Assembly: GCA_040954595.2 (NCBI GenBank)
Contig: CM082594.2
Location: forward strand, 2,589,319-2,653,318
Length of the DNA: 64,000 nucleotides
Direction: 5' to 3'
DNA from: Balanoglossus misakiensis
Taxonomy: Eukaryota > Animalia > Hemichordata
The position numbers and the translations under genes were made by a program. The notes under the pieces were generated by a model. It saw nothing but the letters and a program-made list of their open reading frames with translations, searched no databases and had not been told where the DNA came from. This document shows positions 26,318 through 39,511 of this stretch, one piece after another. How positions within the stretch are numbered: position 1 is the first letter of the stretch; each line of letters opens with the position of its first letter.

Positions 26318-27677
26318 TAAGGTCCACTTGCGGCTCGCTGATTGGAGGGACCTTATGTGTTAGGTCTTATTACTATGTATTATTCACCAGACCTTGTAGG
26401 TTAGGTCTTATTACTATGCATTATTCACTTTACAGCTCCCTGATTGGTTAATGTGTAGGTCTGGTCCTCCAGTGTCCACTGCCTCATTATGCAGGACCTT
26501 GTAGGTTAGGTCTTATTAATATGTATTTATTCACCATACAGCTCCCTGATTGGTTAACGTGTCAGTCCTGTCCCCCCCCCCCCCCCAGTGTTCACTGCCT
26601 CATTGTGAAATGTCCCATGTGCTTCCTGGCTAGCGTTGTGGTAACACATTATTCAGGATGTCCGCAGATCGTTCATTGATTTTCTGAGAAATAGCCTGAC
26701 TGATACTATCTCCAACATAAACCGCACCCTGGAAAGATTAAATGATCTTTTAGGTGGACTTTGAAAATCTGATTAACTCATCTAAGCATTTTAGCTAAGT
26801 TGTATTTTTTTTAATCACCCTCCTACTTCTCATCATCAATTTTATTATTGTTGTTATTACTATTTTAAAGTAAATTTGTTTTGACGAAGATGTTGTAATA
26901 AGGAGCACGTCGTCCGTTTATACATTCGTATATTGTTTTCATAAAATGGAACTGTGACGGTGCAGCTTCGTGAAAGAAGTACAATAAAAGTAATCATACC
27001 TGTAAAGCAACTAATGAGGTTTCCCAAAGAAATGCAATGCTATTCTAAACATTTCTATTGTAAGATATTTTTGGTTTGCTCGAATGAATAGCACACACTT
27101 CGTATTCAGCCAGATGTTACACGAAGTGATGCGCTGAAAGGCATTACGTAACAAAGCACTAGCCCATTTAAACAAACCGCCACTGAAAATAAAATAAAAA
27201 AATTCTCCTGGCAATATTTATTTCGAGTATCTAGTTCACAGTATCACATAAAATGCCATGAATAGTGTGAAGGAAAATGTGAAATCCAATCATTATATGA
27301 GTGCCTTTCTTTATACACTGGGATCGATCGCGAGCTTCGACCATGCGCAGGCAGCATGCCAGACAGAATACGACATCTGTATTCAGAAAGTACAAAAGAC
27401 TTTGCATAACGAGGCAGTGAAAACTGGAGACCTACACATTAACCAATCAGGGAGCTGAAAATTGAATAAATACATATTAATAAGACCTAACCTACAAGGT
27501 CCTGCATAATGAGGCAGTGAACACTGGAGGACCAGACCTACACATTGACCAATCAGGGAGCTGTAAAGTGAATAATACATAGTAATAAGACCTAACCTAC
27601 AAGGTCTAGTGAATAATACATAATGATAAGACCTAACACATAAGGTCCCTCCAATCAGCGTGCCGCAAGTGGACCTA
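26318..27677. repeat. Long inverted repeat (foldback-like element), ~290-bp arms; duplicated at ~30977-32333
   Basis: aggtccacttgcggc...gattggagggaccttatgtgttaggtcttatt... (26320-26610) is the reverse complement of 27410-27677. The arms have internal tandem subunits and CCAAT/ATTGG boxes. Confidence 0.75.
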
Positions 27678-28860
27678 AGATTTCCAGATGGACCAATCAC
27701 AGATGTCGGTACATATGTCATGGACCTGACTTATGAAACAGGACTACTAGGCCACTTTCCTGACCCAAAGTGACCGGCCTTGCATCCTGGTTTCGTACAT
27801 TTATTCACTCGCTTGTAAAAGACAGAATTATTTTTTTTAATTCTAAGGCTGAATTATTTCATTCTTAGGCTGAATTACAATATACAAATTCAATAGTATA
27901 TCTAGCTGCTCCTGAGTTTAGACTCAAAATGGTAAACTCTTGGTTGGTACCCTGCTTAGTCACGTGAGACGCAGTTTTCAGCGAATGGTAATCTCATACT
28001 AACAAAATGCCAGGATGTAGAGGTCACTTGGGGGCCATGAAAGTATGAATTATGCTATTACTTGCTCCGAAAAGATTCGCTGCAACTCTAAATTTGGCGA
28101 TGTAGCCAATACCCGTTTCAGTGTTTAATAAGTGTATAACTCAATGCAAAGCAAAATTTAGAACTATTACCCACCCTTCAAAACATTGTGATGAAATGCT
28201 TGAGACTCAGATCTGGAAAGCCCTTAGTCTGATATTTAGCAGTGACATTGAATGTGACATACATAATAATAAAACTGTCTGGCCGAGTAACCTCCCGCGT
28301 TGATCAGTTAAGCTTTTGACTCCTTAGGTTCATTGCAATAACATGCGAAATTATTTTGTGAGACGAGGTAATTATCTCGTGCGCACGACTTAGTTTCTCG
28401 TGCTCACGACTTAGTATCTCTAACGGGCTTTCATAAGAACGCTTCCAATAACTATGTTAAATGAAAAGAAAGTATTTAAGTGCTCATATTCAATTTTAGC
28501 CTCTGACTATTGGCATTATTTTATGTTATTTAGAAAATATTCAGCGCCCATAAATTACACAGTCGAGAGATTGCGCCTCTGACACGACTGAACCGACACA
28601 CACACTGCGTTCACCCCTGCAATTAAGATTTGAACCAATCCAACACTGTCCCCTTGATACCAAATTTAAAAATTAAAATCAATATAGCATCCTTGCGTTT
28701 ATATCCAAGGGGATTTTTTAGGGAAAGTAGAGATACTAATATGCAATTCAATTCAATTTATTACCCCTAGTTTAAATATATTTACATAGCTCAGGGTAAT
28801 TGGGAATAGAAAATAGCAAATGCTAGTCTAGTCTGTTCCCATTCCTCAGTACATTGCAAT

Positions 28861-28939
28861 TCAGATGTAGGGAACGGGGACGTGTTTTTTTATGCTGTCG
28901 CCTCAGCATAAAAAACACGTCGCCGCGCCCTACATCTGA
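28861..28939. repeat. ~80-bp hairpin element (copy at ~35409-35487; half copy at ~63622-63665)
   Basis: tcagatgtagggaacggggacgtgtttttttatgctg / cagcataaaaaacacgtcgccgcgccctacatctga. Confidence 0.75.
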
Positions 28940-29412
28940 TTTTAATCAGATTAACTGCAATTATAAAAATATTACATTTTCTATTTGAGGGCGGTGTGTC
29001 TCCCAGAGAAAAAAAATCACCAGGCTTGTAAGGACAAATACATGCATTAGATAAATAGCTTTTAGGTACATGTACTTGGTTCATAAAATACAGAAACAGG
29101 GAAATAAGATATTACATGAAGTTGTCATTGCCAAAAATATGCAAATTAGCTTGAAAAATGTGAATTTGGTCAAAACTCAGTGACTAAAGAACTACTGGTC
29201 AGATTGCTTTGCAGAGTGGTGTGTATTTACTTTATTGAGTTCTTTGTAATTAGGCAGGAACCCCCTCCTGATTATTTATATACACAGCAAATTCCTGCAT
29301 GATTACATAACTGGCTAAGTTTTAAAGAGGCCAGCTGTTCTATTTAGAGTATGTACAGTACATATGCCATTGGCAGCTTATGGGTCAGTCAGTGCTTGTC
29401 CATTGTTCTCTC

Positions 29413-29463
<51 letters not shown>

Positions 29464-32400
29464 CTGCTCACTTAAATAATATGCTCGGTACCAGTTGTCA
29501 CAACTCTGTCGACACCCTGTATATGACCATAGCATGTGGATACAAGTACGACGCATTGTTTATATTGTCCAAAAATTAAACGATGTAAGAATTCAAGTGT
29601 TATACCAATGAAGAGATTGTGAGTTTAAATGTGACGACTACACATCAGGGCATATACTGGCCGGCAACCGCTTTAACCGTCGATTGTGTTTAACTGGAGA
29701 CAAACCTTCATGGTCCGATGATCAGCTGGAATTGTCCTGTTTGCCATACAACTCTGAGGCGAAACGGCATTCAATGTGAAGAACAAAGTTATTGTTTGCG
29801 TTAGAGGGCACAGAAGTTGTGATGAACCCGGAAACTGCCAGCTTTAGAAATTCACAGCCACTTTTCAGATATTGAACAAAGCCAAAAACTGGTCAGCCTG
29901 AAAGTAGGCTCCCGGACGGATCTCGAACGCGAAGTTGTGTAGCACGCTCTACACGTAGTCGTTCCATAAACATACACATCTGCCCTACACAAAGCTTGCC
30001 ATAAACCTAGAAAGGCTTAGAATCGTACGATTTATTTGGAAAGACACCAACTCTACGTTCAACCTATATTTAATTTGTCTAATATTACATCACTAAAACC
30101 GACGCTTATGCAAGTTTGCTTTAGTATTCCAAACAACCATGCAATATGAAGTAGGAATTTGACCTCATTTTCTTGCTATACGTACCACACCTGTCTTTGA
30201 TCTACTAAATGCTTGAATGGTCCTGGTGGCGTAAATATAGTCGCTCGTGGTTCAGGTGTTTGGAACACATCCACTGGAGTTGTTTTACATGGGAAATTAC
30301 TTACACACTTTTATTTGGTAAAATTTAATTTCAACCCCGCTGTGAAACGTGTAGAGTCTGACCGTTAAAAATTAGGTTTCCATTCACTTTAGTCATGGCG
30401 TTTTGTTCACATTCATCGGTAAATCTTGGATTTCTTCACCAGGATTTAGTTTTGCAGTTTTGCTGGGTTCGTTGCGATTTGGATCTGGTCGATAACCCTT
30501 GTACCAGATGAAAAAAGTCAATGTAAAGCTGTTGATTCGTCAAACAATGGTTGCATCTTCCTGGTTCACAAACTTGTGGTCACGCCTTTGAAGGTGGCTG
30601 CTTTCATGTTATACTCTTGTGGTTAACATAAAAGAGAAGAATTTCAAGCCATGTCACTATGCATACGACAGACATTCAAGCATTGTTCGCCGGGGGATAT
30701 GGGCAATTGAACATGGAAATTCTGGCGACTGAACGTACCTCTGTTGGAAAATCCTGAACAGAAGATTCAGAATTTTAATTACAGCTTCTCTCTGGCTTTC
30801 TAACCAATGTTTACTCTCCCTTCCTCACTTCACAATCTCAAAGTCAAGCTTCTAAACATGATTGTGCATTCCCTCAATTGAATGCATACATATGCGTACG
30901 TGGGACCAATCAAATGACCTACATTACACGTCCTATACACATGTATTGCATGTTTTGATTGGTTTATCCGCTTCTCTAAGGTCCACTTGCGGCTCGCTGA
31001 TTGGAGGGACCTTATGTGTTAGGTCTTATTACTATGTATTATTCACCAGACCTTGTAGGTTAGGTCTTATTACTATGCATTATTCACTTTACAGCTCCCT
31101 GATTGGTTAATGTGTAGGTCTGGTCCTCCAGTGTCCACTGCCTCATTATGCAGGACCTTGTAGGTTAGGTCTTATTAATATGTATTTATTCACCATACAG
31201 CTCCCTGATTGGTTAACGTGTCAGTCCTGTCCCCCCCCCCCCAGTGTTCACTGCCTCATTGTGAAATGTCCCATGTGCTTCCTGGCTAGCGTTGTGGTAA
31301 CACATTATTCAGGATGTCCGCAGATCGTTCATTGATTTTCTGAGAAATAGCCTGACTGATACTATCTCCAACATAAACCGCACCCTGGAAAGATTAAATG
31401 ATCTTTTAGGGGGACTTTGAAAATCTGATTAACTCATCTAAGCATTTTAGCTAAGTTGTATTTTTTTTAATCACCCTCCTACTTCTCATCATCAATTTTA
31501 TTATTGTTGTTATTACTATTTTAAAGTAAATTTGTTTTGACGAAGATGTTGTAATAAGGAGCACGTCGTCCGTTTATACATTCGTATATTGTTTTCATAA
31601 AATGGAACTGTGACGGTGCAGCTTCGTGAAAGAAGTACAATAAAAGTAATCATACCTGTAAAGCAACTAATGAGGTTTCCCAAAGAAATGCAATGCTATT
31701 CTAAACATTTCTATTGTAAGATATTTTTGGTTTGCTCGAATGAATAGCACACACTTCGTATTCAGCCAGATGTTACACGAAGTGATGCGCTGAAAGGCAT
31801 TACGTAACAAAGCACTAGCCCATTTAAACAAACCGCCACTGAAAATAAAATAAAAAAATTCTCCTGGCAATATTTATTTCGAGTATCTAGTTCACAGTAT
31901 CACATAAAATGCCATGAATAGTGTGAAGGAAAATGTGAAATCCAATCATTATATGAGTGCCTTTCTTTATACACTGGGATCGATCGCGAGCTTCGACCAT
32001 GCGCAGGCAGCATGCCAGACAGAATACGACATCTGTATTCAGAAAGTACAAAAGACTTTGCATAACGAGGCAGTGAAAACTGGAGACCTACACATTAACC
32101 AATCAGGGAGCTGAAAATTGAATAAATACATATTAATAAGACCTAACCTACAAGGTCCTGCATAATGAGGCAGTGAACACTGGAGGACCAGACCTACACA
32201 TTAACCAATCAGGGAGCTGTAAAGTGAATAATACATAGTAATAAGACCTAACCTACAAGGTCTAGTGAATAATACATAATGATAAGACCTAACACATAAG
32301 GTCCCTCCAATCAGCGTGCCGCAAGTGGACCTAAGATTTCCAGATGGACCAATCACAGATGTCGGTACATATGTCATGGACCTGACTTATGAAACAGGAC

Positions 32401-32701
32401 TACTAGGCCACTTTCCTGACCCAAAGTGACCGGCCTTGCATCCTGGTTTCGTACATTTATTCACTCGCTTGTAAAAGACAGAATTATTTTTTTTAATTCT
32501 AAGGCTGAATTATTTCATTCTTAGGCTGAATTACAATATACAAATTCAATAGTATATCTAGCTGCTCCTGAGTTTAGACTCAAAATGGTAAACTCTTGGT
32601 TGGTACCCTGCTTAGTCACGTGAGACGCAGTTTTCAGCGAATGGTAATCTCATACTAACAAAATGCCAGGATGTAGAGGTCACTTGGGGGCCATGAAAGT
32701 A

Positions 32702-34981
32702 TGAAAGCCCGTTAGGGACATTTCGTAAAGCAAAAAAAAAAAATTTTTTATCTCGTGAGCACGAGATACTAAGTCGTGAGCACGAGATACTAAGTCGTGC
32801 GCACGAGATAATTATCTCGTGCTCACGAGATACTAAGTCGTGCGCACGAGATAATTATCTCGTGCTCACGACTTAGTATCTCGTGACTTAGTATCTCATG
32901 TTTTGTCGTACATGTATAGGCACAAAGATTTTGTGGTGAGATGGAATGGGTTATTTGAACCTTTTCACTCAAATAATGGGGTTAAACAGGGTGGAATTAC
33001 GTCACCTATATTTTTCACAGTTTACTTTGATGATATCAGCAAAAATCTTTCCGCTCTTCCGTATGGCTGCCTTGTAGGGGACTATAAGGTTAATCATTTA
33101 ATTTACGCCGATGATTTAGTTATTATATCTACTGGGGCCTATGGCCAGCAGATGCTTGTTGATACTTGTGGTCATTATGGCAGCAATAATTCAATTTTCT
33201 TTAATGAGAAAAAAAACAGTCTGTATGTTAATTCAACCAAGTATGCGCAGGCTCAGACACGTTCCAATTTATCTGAACGGCCGAATGCTGAATTATGTCA
33301 ATGTTTGTAAATATCTTGGTCACCTTATCACTTGTGACCTTAGGGATAATGAGGACATTCTAGCTCAAACTCGCCAATTTTATGTTTGCGGTAATGCTAT
33401 TATTCGTGATTTTAAATTTGCGTCTATCTCTGTTAAATGTCATTTGTGTTCTGTATTTTGTGATATCCCGTATTGCTCTTACTTATGGAGTGCTTTTTCT
33501 GTGTGTATTTTCAATGCAGTTAGGAGAGCTTACTCCCAGGTTTTCCGTAAATTGTCTGGTTTTAAACATTCTTTTATTCAGAGCAACAGTGCGATGTTTG
33601 TTTATCTTTCTATTTTAACTTTTGATGAAATACTCCAGAAAAAATCATTCAGCTTTTTAAGCAGACTCCACCTCTCAAGTAATCCACTTGTAGCCAGTGT
33701 TTTATCACTGTCAGTGTTCTCAAATACGTGGACTTTGGAAGGTTTGGAGTATGATTGTTTTGATGTTTTTATGGTGTTGAATTTTGTTATGGATTATTTT
33801 ATAATCTGAAATAAAGATGTAATAATAATAATAATAATAATTATAATATACTATGAGGCAGTATCTCGTGCTCACGAGATACTGCCTCATAGTATATTAT
33901 TTGCACTGGCAATATTAACTATGAAGTTTCATACACTTTATTGCTGATGCGTGGTGATTTTCACTTCATTATGAAAGGAAAGAAGCCATTCTTTTATATT
34001 TCAACATGGGTTTCAACTATTGTGAAATGTTGGCTTTGAACGCAAATATCACGATTTTATTCTGAGCTTGTGAAATTTAAAGAGAATATTGTACAAGAAT
34101 GGATTGTTCAGACGAAAACACCAGTCAGATGCCAACGACGATATATCATACCTAAGCTATCAACCGGTCGGCTATACATAAATACAGCTGGATGAAATGT
34201 CTTCAACATGGTCTTTCAATTGTCCAAGAAAGCACCCAGCTACTTCATCATATATCTATCAATAAAATATGTCGTTAGCGACGTCGTAACCAGCAAGTTC
34301 TTCACAAAAAATCCAAAGGAGTGACAATCCTACATTTCAAATTATTTTGTCAGAATTGAAATAAGGTGTATTCCTGTGAGTTGATACAGGAATGTATTAC
34401 ACATTACAAATCAAGCAAAACACGTTTGGGGGTCTTATGATCGGAAGCGGTACTATGATGCAGTTAGCAGTTATTATATAGCACTGGAAGTCTAGTACAT
34501 TTTGCTATTCTTAAACATTGCGGTGGAGTGAAACACATTGCCCGGAACGCTGACATGAATACATATGTTTCGATCTTTTATGTTAAAGCGAGTGATAAGC
34601 TGCTATTACTTGCTCCGAAAAGATTCGCTGCAACTCTAAATTTGGCGATGTAGCCAATACCCGTTTCAGTGTTTAATAAGTGTATAACTCAATGCAAAGC
34701 AAAATTTAGAACTATTACCCACCCTTCAAAACATTGTGATGAAATGCTTGAGACTCAGATCTGGAAAGCCCTTAGTCTGATATTTAGCAGTGACATTGAA
34801 TGTGACATACATAATAATAAAACTGTCTGGCCGAGTAACCTCCCGCGTTGATCAGTTAAGCTTTTGACTCCTTAGGTTCATTGCAATAACATGCGAAATT
34901 ATTTTGTGAGACGAGATAATTATCTCGTGCGCACGACTTAGTTTCTCGTGCTCACGACTTAGTATCTCTAACGGGCTTTCA
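32702..34981. mobile_element. TA-flanked terminal-inverted-repeat (TIR) DNA element with subterminal CTCGTG(C/A)..CACGAG repeats; superfamily unassigned
   Basis: ta|tgaaagcccgttag ... ctaacgggctttca|ta. Arrays of ctcgtgctcacgag sit near both ends. Only the right part survives in copy A (28053-28433). Confidence 0.7.
32903..33845 (+). mobile_element. 5'-truncated, frameshifted non-LTR retrotransposon (RT C-terminal half)
   Basis: NGVKQGGITSPIFFTVY..NHLIYADDLV, then KYLGH in a shifted frame; AATAAA and an (AAT)n tail at 33821-33840. Confidence 0.85.
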
Positions 34982-35596
34982 TAAGAACGCTTCCAATAAC
35001 TATGTTAAATGAAAAGAAAGTATTTAAGTGCTCATATTCAATTTTAGCCTCTGACTATTGGCATTATTATATGTTATTTAGAAAATATTCAGCGCCCATA
35101 AATTACACAGTCGAGAGATTGCGCCTCTGACACGACTGAACCGACACACACACTGCGTTCACCCCTGCAATTAAGATTTGAACCAATCCAACACTGTCCC
35201 CTTGATACCAAATTTAAAAATTAAAATCAATATAGCATCCTTGCGTTTATATCCAAGGGGATTTTTTAGGGAAAGTAGAGATACTAATATGCAATTCAAT
35301 TCAATTTATTACCCCTAGTTTAAATATATTTACATAGCTCAGGGTAATTGGGAATAGAAAATAGCAAATGCTAGTCTAGTCTGTTCCCATTCCTCAGTAC
35401 ATTGCAATTCAGATGTAGGGAACGGGGACGTGTTTTTTTATGCTGTCGCCTCAGCATAAAAAACACGTCGCCGCGCCCTACATCTGATTTTAATCAGATT
35501 AACTGCAATTATAAAAATATTACATTTTCTATTTGAGGGCGGTGTGTCTCCCAGAGAAAAAAAATCACCAGGCTTGTAAGGACAAATACATGCATT

Positions 35597-37085
35597 AAAG
35601 CTGCAAGCAGCATTGTCGGGCCCAAGCGCTGATCTTGAATTATATATGCGCAGTATGAATGAGAAGAAACAGAATTTTCTATCGGGTGTATTATCTCATG
35701 ACATAACAAGGACGTGTGTATTTTTGCGGCTGAAATAGGGTAAAGTAGGTCAAAGGTCACCTGAGATCACCAACATTTGGGCAAAAATTTTTGACCCATG
35801 CTGGGCCATGTCCAACAAAAGCCAAAACTCTAGCTCTATTGGTTCGCGTGTAATTAGGTATGTGCATATTTAATGAGGTCAGCAGGTGTCACAGGTGATC
35901 CAAAAATTTGGCTTTACATTTAGGTCCCATCCTGCCAAATGCCAAGAATGTATCTGCTCTGGACGTTGAGATATGCGAAAGTAGGTCAAAGGTCACCAGA
36001 GGTCACCCAACATTTGGGCAAAAAATTTTGACCCCATACTGGTCCATGTTCAACAAAAACCAAACCTCTAGCTGTATTGGTTCGCCTGTAATTAGCTATG
36101 CACATAATTAATGAGGTCGGCAGAGGTCAAAGGGGTCATGAAAAGTAGCAAAATATTTTGATCACACACTAATCCACATGCATCAAAAACCAAACGTCTA
36201 GCCCTATAGGTTAGCCTGGAATTAGATATGCAGAAATAATAATGTGTGAAAAGTAGGTCAAAGGTCATGTGAAAAATCGCCAAAAATTTGTAACATATTG
36301 TAGTCATATGACGAATGATATCCATTAAAAGAATTTGTATGCTATCAATTTTTATACTAGAAAAAGGAATTTTAATTTTTCACTGCTTTTTACAAAATCC
36401 AATATGGCCGCCATAATCTTCGACCAATCACAATGCTCTTTGCAAACTTGATAGACATCAGTGTAGTGACCATACTCCCCGAATCTTGCGACTCAGTCAT
36501 CGCCCGTTCTGGAGAAGAAGATTTTTGGAGTTTAACTATGGTTTTTCGAAAATCCAATATGGCCGCCATAATCTCCGACCAATCACAATGATCTTCGCAA
36601 ACTTGATAGACATCAGTTAGGTGACCACATACCCCAAACCTTGTGTCTCGCTTATCACCGGTTCTGGAGAAGAAGATTTTTGAAATTTAAGCTAGATTTC
36701 AGAAAAAAAATTGTAGCAAAAAAACTGCAACATTGACAGCAAAATTTCCAATTACAAAAATGATGGGTAGAAGGTAGTCTACCTGCATGCCAAATTTGAA
36801 GTCGATCTGACTTGTAGTTTCTGAGATCTGAGATTTGATTTTTTTCAGAAAATCCAATATGGCCGCCAGGTCACGTGACTAATTAAGTATTCACAAGTCA
36901 CTGCACATCTACTCATTGACCTTGACCACTGTAGCAAGTTTGAGAAGTGTACCTGCAGCGGTGTCTGAGATCTCGTTGCCCAAAGAATTGACACAAGAAT
37001 AAAGAAAGAAAGAAAGCCGGAAAGAAAGAAAAATTCCAACGAAACCAATAGGGCCCAAGCGCTTGCGTGCGCTTGGGCCCTAATT
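35597..37085 (-). mobile_element. Helentron-associated non-autonomous element (HINE/DINE-1-like)
   Basis: Present only in copy B, inserted at catgcatt|agata. It has a terminal hairpin gggcccaagcgc-ttgcgt-gcgcttgggccc, a (GAAA)n microsatellite, a matching subterminal gggcccaagcgc at the other end with a short gctgcaagcagc hairpin, and internal tandem core repeats. Confidence 0.75.
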
Positions 37086-37449
37086 AGATAAATAGCTTTT
37101 AGGTACATGTACTTGGTTCATAAAATACAGAAACAGGGAAATAAGATATTACATGAAGTTGTCATTGCCAAAAATATGCAAATTAGCTTGAAAAATGTGA
37201 ATTTGGTCAAAACTCAGTGACTAAAGAACTACTGGTCAGATTGCTTTGCAGAGTGGTGTGTATTTACTTTATTGAGTTCTTTGTAATTAGGCAGGAACCC
37301 CCTCCTGATTATTTATATACACAGCAAATTCCTGCATGATTACATAACTGGCTAAGTTTTAAAGAGGCCAGCTGTTCTATTTAGAGTATGTACAGTACAT
37401 ATGCCATTGGCAGCTTATGGGTCAGTCAGTGCTTGTCCATTGTTCTCTC

Positions 37450-37491
<42 letters not shown>

Positions 37492-37630
37492 TGTCTGTCT
37501 GTCTGTCTGTCTGTATATGGCCATGTACTCTGGTGTAGACTTTTTCTTGTGTAATCCCTCAATGGGACCACCGTTTCCTTTACGTGATTTTTATTTGTTC
37601 TGGTAATGAGTTCCATAACAGAGGGCCAGT

Positions 37631-37960
37631 TTAAAATATTGCAAATTTACCCATTGTTGTATTTACGCTTGAAATATGGAGAATACCTTGGTTTTTGTGG
37701 CGTGTACTGTAATCATGGAGAGGTAATTGACAGTAGGTTGTCAGCCTTTGTGGAAGATTATTGTTTACAAGATCATACATGAAGGAGCATACCTGGAGCT
37801 TATGTAATTTGTAATCACCTAGGATTTTCAGTTTATTGAATAAATGAGTTGAATGGGCTGTGAAATCACTGAAGATTATTGCTCTTACTGCCATTTTTTA
37901 TAATAATTTAATACGATTGAGATATGAAGAATATGTTGACCCCCATACTTCAAGGCCGTA
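37631..37960 (-). mobile_element. Decayed LINE (L2/Crack-like) RT C-terminal fragment
   Basis: YGLEVWGSTY...AVRAIIFSDFTAHSTHLFNKLKIL...HDYSTR. Confidence 0.7.
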
Positions 37961-39000
37961 TGTTATATGTGGTTGGATGAGAGATTTGTAGAGTAAGGTA
38001 AGTATAGGGGTAGGTACAAAATGCCTGAGTTTAAGGATGTACATTCACTAAAATTAAAAGTATTGTCATTTCTTTTAATTGTGGATTTTTTATTCTCTTT
38101 TGCATGTCTAATGAAAATCCGTAATAAAAAATAGGGGTCACCGTGCTTGTTTATGAAATACAGAGCCATGAATTTAGTCGATAATAGAAGAAAACTGCTG
38201 ACTCAGCGTTTTTCACAAATGGCTTGTCTCTGTGCAAATATTTTAACGAAATGTATCTCAAAATAAAGACCACGCGATTATATTTGACCAATAAATTGAT
38301 ATTTACTGGACAGATCAGTTATGCGTAAAATTTCGACGTGAATATGCATGAGATTTCTTTAACAATACTTGGTGCGCGGTGCTTGTGGGTGAGTGAGTTC
38401 TTGGTATGCTGCTTCTGTCGCATTCACCTGAGTTGGGTGTTGGCGCTCATGGAGTTTCTTATGCAAAGCAGTTAAACCTTGCTTAACATTCACTCCAGGA
38501 GATTGTACCCACTTTTAATACTCCAACACCCTGGGAAGACATAGAGTATAACGATACGGGCGCTACTAGCCTACACTGCCTTCGATTCGAGATACATTTG
38601 TGGGGGACTCGACGTCGACGTGTCTTCGGACCGTGTTTCTGAACCAAGATGCGTCTTCTACCAATGTTAAGTTTGTTAATAGTCACTTTAGGCCTACCAA
38701 AGGTGCTTGCAGAAAATGGTAAGTCAATTTCTGGAACGTGCGATATTTTATCTAAATATCTACATGCACAACCTACCGAAGAAACGCTGACAATATTCAA
38801 CAAGGAAATGGGATTTGTTAATCGCTGAGCAGAGTTGACTTCAAATCGCGCAAGCTCTGTCACAACTTGCATATCAGTATTTTCACAGTCTTCCTGGTAT
38901 CTCTGTTATCCTCAACCAATCGTTTCAGAAAACAGCATGCTACCGTTGATCATATTTTCGTATTACATGAGGTAGTTCAGAAATATCGTATGTAAAACGT

Positions 39001-39230
39001 ATGTACTCTAGTGTCAAGTCATGCGTCAAATCTGGGTCACTAGTGTCATGTTATTTTGACTGTCCAGTTGGCGTAAGGCAAGGTTGTATGCTAAGCCCGT
39101 TAATATTTACATTATTTATTGAAGAGTTAAATGACATGCTTAAAAATTCTGGAGGGCTTGGTATCCAAATAACCCAAGAAATCTTAAATTTATTTGCTCT
39201 TTTGTATGCAGATGATGTTGCAATTACATA
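39001..39230 (+). mobile_element. LINE RT fragment (continues at ~43186-43360)
   Basis: GVRQGCMLSPLIFTLFI...LLYADDVA. The downstream piece YASEVWG...IEQVQRKICR..G...AECGRFP is the same type of ORF2. Confidence 0.75.
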
Positions 39231-39511
39231 ATGTTTTTCAATTCATCACCAGTACGTTATAACAAACTAAGAGAGATTCAGTCTGTGTTAGATGAAGTTC
39301 ATGTTGCTTTGCAGCAGCCTTGCAACACCCGTTCGTTGGCTTTCTGTATCCCAAGCAGTTCAGGCTGTGTACAGGTCCTGGGAGAGTTTGGTTGCCACTT
39401 TGGAAACCATTTATTCTGAGTGTAATAATTCTGTCGCCAATGGTTTGTGATCAGAGATAACCAGTTACAGTTTTGTATCCATTACTTCCTTGCTTGTGGA
39501 TGTTTTACCAG

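Larger units (their letters stand above)
24800..29459 (+). repeat. Tandem segmental duplication, copy A (~4.66 kb)
   Basis: Near-identical to 29460-32705 + 34601-35596 + 37086-37490. I saw only about ten substitutions and one poly-C length change. Confidence 0.92.
29460..37490 (+). repeat. Tandem segmental duplication, copy B (with 1.9 kb and 1.5 kb extra segments)
   Basis: Duplicate ORF calls (26203/30862, 27011/31667, 27258/31914, 28121/34669) and direct sequence match. Both copies end in a (TG)n run. Confidence 0.92.

Noticed and set aside
23734-38400. Candidate leader exons for the fibropellin gene (MKVWRVRV... at 23734, MLILDHVLCCH at ~23998, MRTWDQ at 26233/30892, MHEISLTILG... at 38344)
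   Set aside because: None combines a convincing hydrophobic signal peptide with a good phase-1 donor.
38483-38872. 129-aa minus-strand ORF
   Set aside because: No recognisable domain or splice context; likely a TE remnant or chance.
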